Source: Microthrixaceae bacterium
Lineage (GTDB): Bacteria > Actinomycetota > Acidimicrobiia > Acidimicrobiales > Microtrichaceae
DNA length: 64,000 bases
Assembly: GCA_033813615.1 (NCBI GenBank)
Contig: JAPXRJ010000001.1
Coordinates: 8,515 to 72,514 of the forward strand
Reading direction: 5' to 3'
Shown here piece by piece: positions 1-8,823 of the stretch (within the stretch, counting starts at the first letter, position 1; each line of letters opens with the position of its first letter). The position numbers and the translations under genes were made by a program. The notes below the pieces were generated by a model. The model searched no databases and was not told where the DNA came from. It saw nothing but the letters and a program-made list of their open reading frames with translations.

Positions 1-1
1 C

Positions 2-1174
2 GCCGATGGCGACGGAGACGGGGGCGTCGAGGTCCTGGCCGACGTGCCGGCCAAGTCGCTCGAGGAGGACGCTCCGCTCTACGACCGTCCCAGGCAGGAG
101 CCGGCGGATCTGGCCGCACGTCGGGCGGACTCGGCCAACGCGCTGCCGGCACCCGCCGACGTCGCTGCGGACCTGCTGGAGCTGCTGGCCGACACGTCGT
201 GGGTGTGGTCCCAGTACGACCACCAGCTGTTCCTCAACACCGTCATCGGTCCGGGTGGAGATGCTGCGGTGCTCCGCCTGAAGCACCCCACGACCGGCGT
301 CGACACCGGACGCGGGCTCGCGCTCACGACCGACGGCAACCACCTGTGGTGCGCGGTGGACCCGAAGCTCGGCTCCACGATGACCATCTGTGAGTCGGTG
401 ATGAACTTGGCCGTCGTCGGCGCCCGGCCGGTCGCGATGGTGAACTGCATGAACTTCGGGAACCCCGAGCACCCCGAGGTCATGTGGCAGCTGTCGGAGT
501 CGGTCGACGGCCTGTCCGACGCCCTGCGCGCGTTCGACGTCCCCTGCATCGGCGGCAACGTCAGCCTCTACAACGAGAGCCGGGGCGCCGACATCGACCC
601 GACGCCCATCGTCGGCGTGCTCGGCGTGCTCGACCGCCTCGACGCGGTGCCGCCCCGCCCCACGGTGGTCGACGGCGGGCGGTTGATCCTGGTCGGTGAC
701 ACCGTGCGCGAGCTGTCCGGATCCGAGTGGGCCGCCCGGCGCGGCCACCGTGGCCGCGGCGAGCTGCCGGCGGTCGACCTCGACGCGGTGTCGGGGGTTG
801 CGGGGGTGGTGCGCGAGCTGGTGTCGGCGCAGCTGGTCCAGGGCGCGCACGACGTGTCGGGCGGCGGGTTGGGCGTTGCGCTCGCCGAGATGGCGGTCGC
901 CTCCGGCGTCGGGCTGAACGTGGCCCGTCTCGCGGATCACGTCGACCTGTTCTCCGAGTCGGTCGGCCGGGCCGTGCTGTGCGTGGCGCCCGACCAGGTC
1001 CGGGCGGTGCTCGACGTGCTCGAGGCCCACGACGTGGCCCACTCGCGCATCGGAGCAGCGTCCGGTGACCGGATCGTGGTCAAGGACCTCCTCGACGTCG
1101 CCCTGGACGAGGTCACCACCGCGTGGCGGGATCGGATCCCGAACGCGATCGGCTCGGGGACGACCCAGGGCTGA
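2..1174 (+). CDS. purL: Phosphoribosylformylglycinamidine synthase PurL, 3' part (starts before window)
   Basis: Motifs WVWSQYDH, NCMNFGNPE, GGNVSLYNE, HDVSGGG; frame is open from base 2. Confidence 0.95.
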   Translation, partial: ADGDGDGGVEVLADVPAKSLEEDAPLYDRPRQEPADLAARRADSANALPAPADVAADLLELLADTSWVWSQYDHQLFLNTVIGPGGDAAVLRLKHPTTGVDTGRGLALTTDGNHLWCAVDPKLGSTMTICESVMNLAVVGARPVAMVNCMNFGNPEHPEVMWQLSESVDGLSDALRAFDVPCIGGNVSLYNESRGADIDPTPIVGVLGVLDRLDAVPPRPTVVDGGRLILVGDTVRELSGSEWAARRGHRGRGELPAVDLDAVSGVAGVVRELVSAQLVQGAHDVSGGGLGVALAEMAVASGVGLNVARLADHVDLFSESVGRAVLCVAPDQVRAVLDVLEAHDVAHSRIGAASGDRIVVKDLLDVALDEVTTAWRDRIPNAIGSGTTQG

Positions 1175-1295
1175 GCGCCCGGGAGCGGAAGGGCAGGGCT
1201 GAGCGCCCGGGAGCGGAAGGGCAGGGCTGAGCGCCCGGGAGCGGAAGGGCAGGGCTGAGCGCCCGGGAGCGGAAGGGCAGGGCTGAGCGCCCGGG
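1166..1295 (+). repeat. 28-bp tandem repeat CAGGGCTGAGCGCCCGGGAGCGGAAGGG, 4 full copies plus an 18-bp partial, starting at the purL stop
   Basis: Copies start at 1166, 1194, 1222, 1250, 1278; no spacers. Confidence 0.95.
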
Positions 1296-1329
1296 TCCCC
1301 CGACCACTCGCGTGGCCGGGGGACCCGGG
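1290..1329. terminator. GC-rich hairpin between convergent genes
   Basis: CCCGGGTCCCCCGACCAC-TCGC-GTGGCCGGGGGACCCGGG, 18-bp stem with one mismatch. Confidence 0.7.
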
Positions 1330-1333
1330 TCGA

Positions 1334-3127
1334 TCAGGCGAGGCCGCTACGGCGCCGGCGCTGCCAGCTGACGGCGGTGAGGGTGCCGCCGGCCAGCAGC
1401 AGCACGATGCCCAGGGCCAGCATCGGCGTGGCGCTCCCGCCGGTGAAGGCGAGCACCCCCGAGTTGCTGGCGGTGGCGTCGTCGGGCGTCACCACGGTCC
1501 GGATGGCCACGTCGTCCGCGACCGCCGACGGCACCGACGACGAGGTCGACCCCGCGATCGTCGAGCTGGTGGACGAGGTGGACGACGTCGGAGCGGTGCT
1601 GCTCGTCGGCGCGGCCGACGTGGTCGGCGCGACCGTGGTGGTGGGCGCCTCGGTCGTGGTCGTCGTGGAGGACGTGGTCGAGGAGCTGGTGGTCGTGGAG
1701 GAGCTCGTCGTCGTGGAAGAGCTCGTGGAGGAGCTCGTGGTGGAGGATCGATCGTTGGTGTAGGTGCAGGTCACCGCGTCGCCCGGCGCGAGGTTGGCGA
1801 CGAAGGACGACCCCTCGATCGTCGGCGTGCGACCGCTCGTCGGGGTGGTGCAGGCCAGATCCTTCAACGTCCAGCCGGTCGGGACCTCCTCGGCCACGGT
1901 CCATGTGACGTCTGCTGAGCGCACGAAGCTGATCTCGGCGGACCCGCCGGTGCCCTCGGGCCTCAGGCTGAAGGTGCCGCCCGGGATGAACGACGTGTCA
2001 CCGGTGAAGTTGAAGGTGGTGCCGCCGGGTGAGCGCTCGGTGAGCTGCTTGCGCACGGTGATGGTCACCGGCTCCGGTGGCTGGGCCACGTAGTAGGCGA
2101 AGCAGTACGCGTGACGAGCGTTGGTGGGGTAACGGACGTACTCGACGTTGTCGCCGTTGTAGTTGTCGGTGGCGCAGCGCAGCGCCCCGAACGACAGCGT
2201 GCCGTCGCCCAGCGGCTGGGCCTTGGTGCCGCCCTGGATCCACAGCGACCCACGGCCGGCCTGGTTGACCTGGTCCGAGGTGAGCTCGTAGGTCACCGCG
2301 CCCTTGATCGTCCGGCCGGTGTCGTTGCCGGCGGAGTCGAGCTCGGGCACCGACGCCACCGTGGTGGCGATGGCGTTCGCCCCCGTCACCGTCGACAGGT
2401 TGGCGGTGGCCGGGGACTTCCCGGTGATGCCCGTGCCCCACTGGAAGTCCCAACCCGTCAGCGGCGAGCAGTTGCTCTGCGGCGCCTCGGCCTCCTTGGC
2501 CGGGTTGACCACCTGGCCGTCTGCGTAGTTCGTGTCGGGTCCCAGGTCCTGCAGGCTCTCCTGGATGTTGTTGCGGTTCCGGTTGGCGAAGATGTCGGTG
2601 TAGGTGGGGCAGGTGCGGGCCGCCAGCGTCACCGTCCACGGGCGCGCCTTGCTGGATGCCTGGGAGCCGGCCAGGGAGGAGGCCAGGCCGGTCGAGGCGC
2701 AGAACTGCACGTTGGAGATCTGGGGGACCATCCCGCCCACGGGGTCCAATCGCTCGTTGGAGAAGGAGCCGGCCATCTGGCTGGGGTCGATGGTCGTCGT
2801 GGCCGACCCGGGTCCGCCCTTGACCACCACGGCGCCGACGAGCCGGGTGGACGCCCACGAGCCGCCGGTGCCGGTGCCGTCGGTGATCGTGACCGCCGAG
2901 GGGTCCCCGCCGGTGCCACGGAACACCCCGTCGACGAGGTCGTAGTGGGCCAGCAGCGTCGTGCCCTCCGGGCAGGTCGGCTGGTCCGACGACGACGTGG
3001 TGCTGACCAAGCCGACCGCCACGAGGACCGCGCCGATCAACAGGGTGACGATGCCGGCCCGGAACGCTCCTGCGGCTCGCCCGCCGGAGGTTCGGTCGGA
3101 TGTGGTGGGGCTGGGGGAGTCGGTCAT
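1334..3127 (-). CDS. Secreted, probably sortase-anchored surface protein with a SpaA/prealbumin-like domain and Ser/Thr-rich stalk
   Basis: N-terminal hydrophobic segment; V-x-E-x-x-P-x-GW...C...CTYTN pilin-type module; S/T linker; C-terminal LAFTG + TM + RRRR; ATGA overlap with upstream gene. Confidence 0.75.
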   Translation of the reverse strand: MTDSPSPTTSDRTSGGRAAGAFRAGIVTLLIGAVLVAVGLVSTTSSSDQPTCPEGTTLLAHYDLVDGVFRGTGGDPSAVTITDGTGTGGSWASTRLVGAVVVKGGPGSATTTIDPSQMAGSFSNERLDPVGGMVPQISNVQFCASTGLASSLAGSQASSKARPWTVTLAARTCPTYTDIFANRNRNNIQESLQDLGPDTNYADGQVVNPAKEAEAPQSNCSPLTGWDFQWGTGITGKSPATANLSTVTGANAIATTVASVPELDSAGNDTGRTIKGAVTYELTSDQVNQAGRGSLWIQGGTKAQPLGDGTLSFGALRCATDNYNGDNVEYVRYPTNARHAYCFAYYVAQPPEPVTITVRKQLTERSPGGTTFNFTGDTSFIPGGTFSLRPEGTGGSAEISFVRSADVTWTVAEEVPTGWTLKDLACTTPTSGRTPTIEGSSFVANLAPGDAVTCTYTNDRSSTTSSSTSSSTTTSSSTTTSSSTTSSTTTTTEAPTTTVAPTTSAAPTSSTAPTSSTSSTSSTIAGSTSSSVPSAVADDVAIRTVVTPDDATASNSGVLAFTGGSATPMLALGIVLLLAGGTLTAVSWQRRRRSGLA

Positions 3128-5517
3128 GGTCGGTCCCTGGTCGTGTCGATGGGGTCGCGCTGCGGGGCGCGGCGAGCGTTCGCTCCAGTTGTCGTCGGCA
3201 CCTCGTCGTCCACCTTGAGGGGTCGCGGCGTCGCGTCCGGCCGGTGCCGGCGGGGGCGGAGCACGAACAGCACGAGCCCGACGACCAGCGTGCCGACGGC
3301 GACAGCCCAGCCGAGGGAGGTCCGCACCAGCGTCAGCGGTCGACCGATGGCGGGGATCGACGCCGTCACCACGCCGACCGGCGTCGACGCGGGGACCGTC
3401 CAGAACTCGCTGCCGTCGTTGGCGTCGCCACGGGTCTCGACGGCGACGTCGTCGCCGCGTCGCTCCACCGAACGCACGCGGTGGGTCAGGCTGTCCATGG
3501 CCTGGGGGGCGCCGAAGCGGGTCACCACCTGGCCGGGTCGCAGGTCGCCCGCCGTCCGCTCGGACACCAGCACCACGTCGCCGATGGAGTAGGTCGGCTC
3601 CATCGAGCCGCTGCGGACGACCAACGGTCGGAAGCCGGCCAGCACCAGCATCAGCAGGCCGGCGACGGCCACCGAGACCACGACGACCAGGCCGATCGTG
3701 AGCCGGTCGGCCCACCGCTGGGGGCCCGCGTGAGGCTCCGGCCGTTGACCGACAGCGGTCCGCGGCGCCACCTCCCGGTGCTCCACCGCTGCCGACACCA
3801 GCAGCGAGTCCCAGCGACCGGCGTCGGGGCGCACAGCGCGGAGCTCGACTCCGAGGAGCTCGGTGCTGTGGGAGGTCCGGCGGCGGTCGGCGACGGTCCC
3901 GTCGAGCACGATCGGCGGGCCGGGAGGCGCGTCCACCCGGACGGTCAGCTCGTCCCCGGGGGCCAATCCGCTCCGCGGACCGGCCAGGGCGAACCCGCCG
4001 GGCGAGCCGTCGAGAAGTCGACGACCGGCCGCTGCCGCGCCGTCGTCTGCGTCGCTGTCCGCCCCGTCGTCTGCGCTGTCGTCTGCCCCGTCGAGGGTCG
4101 CCGGCAGGTCGAGCGGGATGCGGAACCCCACGCGGGACCACGTCCGCTCCACCAGCGATCGGACGGTGAGCACCCACAGCAGCACCAGCAGCACCGCGGC
4201 GGCCGCGGAGGCGACGCGACCGGTCTGGTCCCCGGGCGTCGAGCCCAGCGCGGCGGTACCGGCAGCAGCGGTGGCAACCAGACCCAACCAGACCAGCGGT
4301 CGGGTGGGCACCCGCCGGTGACCGGATCGGGGTCGTCGGGTGACGGCCGACGCGGTCGCGGTCAGGGACCCCGGCACGGCGTAGAGCGCCCCGACGGCAT
4401 CGGCCACGGGCGCCGGCCGGGTTCGGGTGGACCACCTCAGCGCGCACCAGCGCAGCAACGTCGACGCCAGCACGAGCCCGGCGACGACCCTGTCGCCGCC
4501 CTGCAGCGGCGAGCCGCCCGCCAGCATCGCCAGGACCGCCAGCCACCACAGCACCGACCAGCCGAACAGCGCCCGGACGGCCAGGCCCGCGACGATCATG
4601 CGGGAGCGCAGCGGGACGCGGCGACCGAGCGTGGCGTCGGCCAGGTCCGCCGCGGCGGCGCACTGCCGCGCCGTCGTGTCGGGCCAGTAGCCGGTGGCCG
4701 ACACGGGTGCCGCCCGGACCGCCAGGCATCGACCGATCGTGGCGCCCCGATGGCCCTCCGGCACTCGGGCGCGCAGCCAGCTCCCCAGGGGCCGGCCGTC
4801 GGGGAGCGGGTGGTCGCGCAGCAACGACGAGGTCACGACGGTGGCGTCGGGCTCCCAGAGGGCGACACCGGCCGCTCCGGCCAGGTGGCGCAGCCGGGCG
4901 TCGAGCCGGTCCCGTCGAGCGGGGCCGAACCGGTCCGGGTTGAGCGTCTCGGCGGTGCCCACCACCCATGACGCCCCGCCGGCCAGCTCGGCGGCAGCGG
5001 CACGGCACCCGTCCGGGTCGGGCACGGCGCGGGCGGAGCAGACCAGGACGGCGTCGCAGCGGCCAGCGAGGTCGGCCGCTGCCCTGTCGACCGCCGATCC
5101 CGCTTCGACGCCACGGTGGACCAGAACCCGGGGGTCCAGACCGGGTGGGGCGTCCCGGCCCGGCGGCACCACCAGCGCGACCGGCCCCGTGGTGGCAGCA
5201 GCGGAGGTCATCGTCCTGGCCACCACGTCCGGGACGTCGCCCAGGTGGACCAACGTGCCCAACACCGGGGGCTGGTCATCGTCGAGCGGTGTCGGCGCCG
5301 GTCGGCGCGTCGGGGCCAGCGCCACGGCCACGGCGCCGCCGAGCCCCCACAGGATGGCCGCCACCAGCACGACGACCAGCGCCCAGCGGTCCGCGGTGGC
5401 CCACGCGACGGTGACTGCGGCCGCCGCACCGCCGGTGAGCACCGCGACGGCGGCGCAGGCGCGACCGGCCAGGGCTGCTGCACGGGTACGCCGCTGGTCG
5501 TGGTCCTCGGCGTGCAC
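3124..5517 (-). CDS. Fusion protein: degenerate cellulose-synthase-like GT2 membrane domain + PilZ + SipW-type signal peptidase I
   Basis: GTG start with GGGAGG RBS; C-terminal SGSMEP...THRV...RGDAN; PilZ RVGFR...DGSPGG; N-terminal half follows BcsA layout without catalytic motifs. Confidence 0.75.
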   Translation of the reverse strand: MHAEDHDQRRTRAAALAGRACAAVAVLTGGAAAAVTVAWATADRWALVVVLVAAILWGLGGAVAVALAPTRRPAPTPLDDDQPPVLGTLVHLGDVPDVVARTMTSAAATTGPVALVVPPGRDAPPGLDPRVLVHRGVEAGSAVDRAAADLAGRCDAVLVCSARAVPDPDGCRAAAAELAGGASWVVGTAETLNPDRFGPARRDRLDARLRHLAGAAGVALWEPDATVVTSSLLRDHPLPDGRPLGSWLRARVPEGHRGATIGRCLAVRAAPVSATGYWPDTTARQCAAAADLADATLGRRVPLRSRMIVAGLAVRALFGWSVLWWLAVLAMLAGGSPLQGGDRVVAGLVLASTLLRWCALRWSTRTRPAPVADAVGALYAVPGSLTATASAVTRRPRSGHRRVPTRPLVWLGLVATAAAGTAALGSTPGDQTGRVASAAAAVLLVLLWVLTVRSLVERTWSRVGFRIPLDLPATLDGADDSADDGADSDADDGAAAAGRRLLDGSPGGFALAGPRSGLAPGDELTVRVDAPPGPPIVLDGTVADRRRTSHSTELLGVELRAVRPDAGRWDSLLVSAAVEHREVAPRTAVGQRPEPHAGPQRWADRLTIGLVVVVSVAVAGLLMLVLAGFRPLVVRSGSMEPTYSIGDVVLVSERTAGDLRPGQVVTRFGAPQAMDSLTHRVRSVERRGDDVAVETRGDANDGSEFWTVPASTPVGVVTASIPAIGRPLTLVRTSLGWAVAVGTLVVGLVLFVLRPRRHRPDATPRPLKVDDEVPTTTGANARRAPQRDPIDTTRDRP

Positions 5518-5676
5518 ACCCTCCCGTCGGGTCGACGGGCTCTGACCTGAGCAAAGCGCATGCGAACGGCAGCCAAGGGCGCTGATCCCGGAATCGGGGC
5601 GTCCGCCGGTACCGTTGCGGGTTCGGACGAGCGACCGGGGGCGGGTCGACGGAGCGGAGAGGTCGGAGTCGAGCCG

Positions 5677-7851
5677 ATGCGTGGAGTGCTCAGAGCGGGT
5701 TGGCCCGCGGTGTTGCTGGTGGCCTTCGGAGTCGTCGTGCTCACCGGTTGCCTGGGGCCCGACGAGCCGGATCCGACCGGAACCGCGCCGTTCGGCCACC
5801 TCGACGCGGTGGTGGCGGTCCCCGGCGGGTTCCGTGCCGTCGGCTGGGTCGTCGACCCCGACACCGCCGCCCCGATCGAGGTGACGGTCTCCTCCGAGCA
5901 GCGCACGGTCAAGGGCGTCGCCGACGGCGACAGGCCCGACCTGGTGTTCGCCACCCGCGGTCTCGGCACCCGTCACGGCTTCGACGTCCGCTTCGGGGGG
6001 CTCGGCCCCGGACCGCACCAGGTGTGCGTGTGGGCCGACAACGTCGGTCGCGGCAGCCGGGCACGGGCGTTGGGTTGCACGTACGTCACTGTTCCGGAGC
6101 CCAGCCCGTTCGGCAGCCTGGAGCTCGTCGCTCCGGCCGGTGACCGGCGGGTGCACCTCTCCGGTTGGGCGATCGATCCGGACACCTCGGCACCGATCGG
6201 TGTGGGCGTCCTGCTCGACGGCAAGCCCGTCCTGAACGCGGTGGCCTCGCAGGCTCGGCCGGATGTGGCCGGTCTCGGGTTCGGCACGGCGCACGGGTTC
6301 TCCTTCGACGTCCCGGCGGAGCCGGGTCCGCACCAGCTGTGCGTGATCGCCGAGAACGTGGGGCCGGGCGCGCACTCGTGGCTGGGCTGTCGTGTCGTCG
6401 CCGTGCCGGAGCCTCGGCCCGACCGTCGGCCGGTCGGTTCGGTGACCGCGGTGGAGCCGCAGCCGGGCGCCGGCGCGGTCGCCGTCAGAGGCACCGCGAG
6501 CGATCCCGACACCACCGCTGCGCTGCAGGTGCGGATCGCCGTCGACGGCGTGACGACCACGGTCTCGACGAGCGGCGGAAGCTACTCGACGGTGATCTCG
6601 GGTCTGTCGGCCGGAACCCATCGCGTCTGCGTCACCGCCGTCGACGCTCCGTACCGCGGAGCCGGTGCGGTCATCACCGGGGACCGATCGTGGCCGTGCG
6701 GGACCGTGATCCTCGGCGACGTGTCGGTGGGGAGCTCCGGGGCCCCCGGCGGCCCGACGGTGCCGGTCGGACCGTCGGCCGCGAGCCCGATCGCCACCGT
6801 GGACCGCGACGCCGGCATCAGCGTGCAGCTCAACGACGGGTCGGTGCTGTGGCTGTTCGGCGACTCGAGCCAGCTCGACTGGGCAGGTCGGCTCCAGTAC
6901 TTCGTCAACAACACCGCGGCGTGGGCGCCCGCCGGCAGCCCGACCGTCACCCGCGACGCCGTCCAGGGCGGCGCGCCGGTGCAGTTCGTGACGCCGGCCG
7001 GGTCGTCGTGGACGTGTCCGGCCGACCACCCGAACAAGGCCATGTGGCCGGCGTCGGCGGTTCGCACCGACGGCAACGACGGCGCCGGAGGTCGGGACCT
7101 GGTGACCGCGTTCTTCTCCAACGTGTGCCTGGGCGACGAGTTCCTCGAGATCGTCGCCAAGGGCATCTCGGTCGTGCAGTGGACCTACGACCCGGCCAAC
7201 AAGCCGAACGGCACGCCGATCCAGGGCACGGTGGTCAACCACGAGCTGTGGCCCACCCAGGAGTACGGCCAGGCGGCCACCACCCGGACCGTGTCGGGGA
7301 CCACCTACGTCTACGGCTACAAGTGCGTCACTCCGCCCCAGGGCACACCTCTGTGGCCGAACGTGCTCGGCCCCTGCCACGTCGGTCGTGTCCCGGTCGG
7401 CTCCGTGACGACGGCGTCCTCGTGGCGCTACTGGAACGGCTCGGGCTGGGTGACCGACCCGGCGCAGGCCGCTGCGGTCATCCCCGGTCCGGCTCCGGGC
7501 GTGGCCGACACCCGCGCTCCCGTCGCAGGCGCCACGGTGTCCTTCGACGCCACCCACGGCGTGTACGTGATGGGCTACAGCCCGTGGCCCGGCTTCAGCG
7601 ACCGGGTCTTCGTCCGCGTCGCCACCGCGCCGGAAGGCCCGTGGAGCGACGTCGTCGAGGTCGCGCTCCCCGGATGCGACGACCGCGTCGGCTCGTCGGA
7701 GTTCTACTGCTACGCCGGCACGGTCCAACCGGCGCTGAGCGAGCCGGGCCTGCTCGGCGTGGGCTACTACGACCAGTTGGTCGCGGTCGGGCCGAACAGA
7801 GGTCAGTACCTGACGGTGAAGGTGCCGTTCCACGTCGTGATCACGGGTTGA
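5677..7851 (+). CDS. Lipoprotein with three GW..DPD/RPD/HGF repeat modules and a DUF4185-like C-terminal domain
   Basis: Lipobox LTGC; repeats G-x-x-D...GW-x-x-DPD...RPD...HGF...VC; DAGISV..DG..LWLFGDS motif. Confidence 0.7.
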   Translation: MRGVLRAGWPAVLLVAFGVVVLTGCLGPDEPDPTGTAPFGHLDAVVAVPGGFRAVGWVVDPDTAAPIEVTVSSEQRTVKGVADGDRPDLVFATRGLGTRHGFDVRFGGLGPGPHQVCVWADNVGRGSRARALGCTYVTVPEPSPFGSLELVAPAGDRRVHLSGWAIDPDTSAPIGVGVLLDGKPVLNAVASQARPDVAGLGFGTAHGFSFDVPAEPGPHQLCVIAENVGPGAHSWLGCRVVAVPEPRPDRRPVGSVTAVEPQPGAGAVAVRGTASDPDTTAALQVRIAVDGVTTTVSTSGGSYSTVISGLSAGTHRVCVTAVDAPYRGAGAVITGDRSWPCGTVILGDVSVGSSGAPGGPTVPVGPSAASPIATVDRDAGISVQLNDGSVLWLFGDSSQLDWAGRLQYFVNNTAAWAPAGSPTVTRDAVQGGAPVQFVTPAGSSWTCPADHPNKAMWPASAVRTDGNDGAGGRDLVTAFFSNVCLGDEFLEIVAKGISVVQWTYDPANKPNGTPIQGTVVNHELWPTQEYGQAATTRTVSGTTYVYGYKCVTPPQGTPLWPNVLGPCHVGRVPVGSVTTASSWRYWNGSGWVTDPAQAAAVIPGPAPGVADTRAPVAGATVSFDATHGVYVMGYSPWPGFSDRVFVRVATAPEGPWSDVVEVALPGCDDRVGSSEFYCYAGTVQPALSEPGLLGVGYYDQLVAVGPNRGQYLTVKVPFHVVITG

Positions 7852-7860
7852 GGCGCGCCG

Positions 7861-8823
7861 TTGTCGAGGCCGTCGCCACCGACCGGCCGCTTCGCTCCGA
7901 GCCCGTCGGCGTCGCTGCACCTCGGCAACCTGCGGACCGCGCTGCTCGCCTGGGCTGCGGCGCGCAGCGTCGGAGGTCGGTTCCTGGTGCGCGTCGAGGA
8001 CCTGACGACCGGGTTCGACGGTCGGGTCGCCGCCGAGGTGGCCGCAGGTCAGCTGGCCGATCTCGACGCCCTCGGACTGACCCACGACGGCGACGTCGTT
8101 CGCCAGTCCGAACGTCGCGACCTCTACGACGACGCCATCGCTCGGTTGGTCGATGCCGGGCGCACCTACCCCTGCTTCTGCACGCGTCGCGAGATCCGCG
8201 AGGCGTCGTCCGCGCCCCACGGCCCGCACCCCGACGGGGCCTATCCAGGGACGTGCTCGACGTTGAGCAGATCCCGCGTCCGTGAGCTGCAGCGGGAGGG
8301 TCGTCGCCCGGCCCTGCGCTTGCGCGCCGACCGCGTCGAGGTGACGGCGACCGACGTGCTCGCCGGTCCGATGATCGCCGAGGTCGACGACCTGGTGCTG
8401 CGGCGGGCGGACGGGCAGGTGGCCTACAACCTGGCCGTCGTCGTCGACGACGCCGAACAGGGCGTGGGCCAGGTGGTCCGGGGCGACGACCTGTGGGAGA
8501 CCACTCCGCGTCACGTGCGGTTGCAGCAGCTGCTCGGGCTGGCGACTCCCGAGTACTTGCACGTGGCGCTCGTCGTCGGTCCCGACGGGAGCCGACTGGC
8601 CAAGCGCGACGGAGCGGTGACCCTCGGGGACCGGCTCGCCATGGGGGAGGACGCGGCGACGGTGATCGGGATGCTCGCGCACTCTGCCGGGTTGGCCGAG
8701 CGCGGCGAACGGCTCACCGCGGACGACGTGGCATCACGCTTCGACGTCGGGCGGTTGCGGCGCGAGCCGTGGGTGTTCGACGGTGGGCCGATGCGCGAGA
8801 CTCGTGGGCGTGACCCCCGCTGA
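7861..8823 (+). CDS. gluQ: tRNA glutamyl-Q(34) synthetase GluQRS
   Basis: RFAPSPS-LHLGN, CFCTR...YPGTC, RGDDL, RLAKRDG; no anticodon-binding domain. Confidence 0.85.
   Translation: MSRPSPPTGRFAPSPSASLHLGNLRTALLAWAAARSVGGRFLVRVEDLTTGFDGRVAAEVAAGQLADLDALGLTHDGDVVRQSERRDLYDDAIARLVDAGRTYPCFCTRREIREASSAPHGPHPDGAYPGTCSTLSRSRVRELQREGRRPALRLRADRVEVTATDVLAGPMIAEVDDLVLRRADGQVAYNLAVVVDDAEQGVGQVVRGDDLWETTPRHVRLQQLLGLATPEYLHVALVVGPDGSRLAKRDGAVTLGDRLAMGEDAATVIGMLAHSAGLAERGERLTADDVASRFDVGRLRREPWVFDGGPMRETRGRDPR

Noticed and set aside
1166-1295. Possible CRISPR array (28-bp repeats)
   Set aside because: Repeats are head-to-tail with no spacers and there are no cas genes
3128-5008. N-terminal extension of the 1224-aa ORF
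   Set aside because: Arg/Pro-rich off-frame read of the fusion gene; real start is 3127
5518-8682. N-terminal part of the 1852-aa minus-strand ORF
   Set aside because: Antisense shadow of the lipoprotein and gluQ; only 3124-5517 looks protein-like
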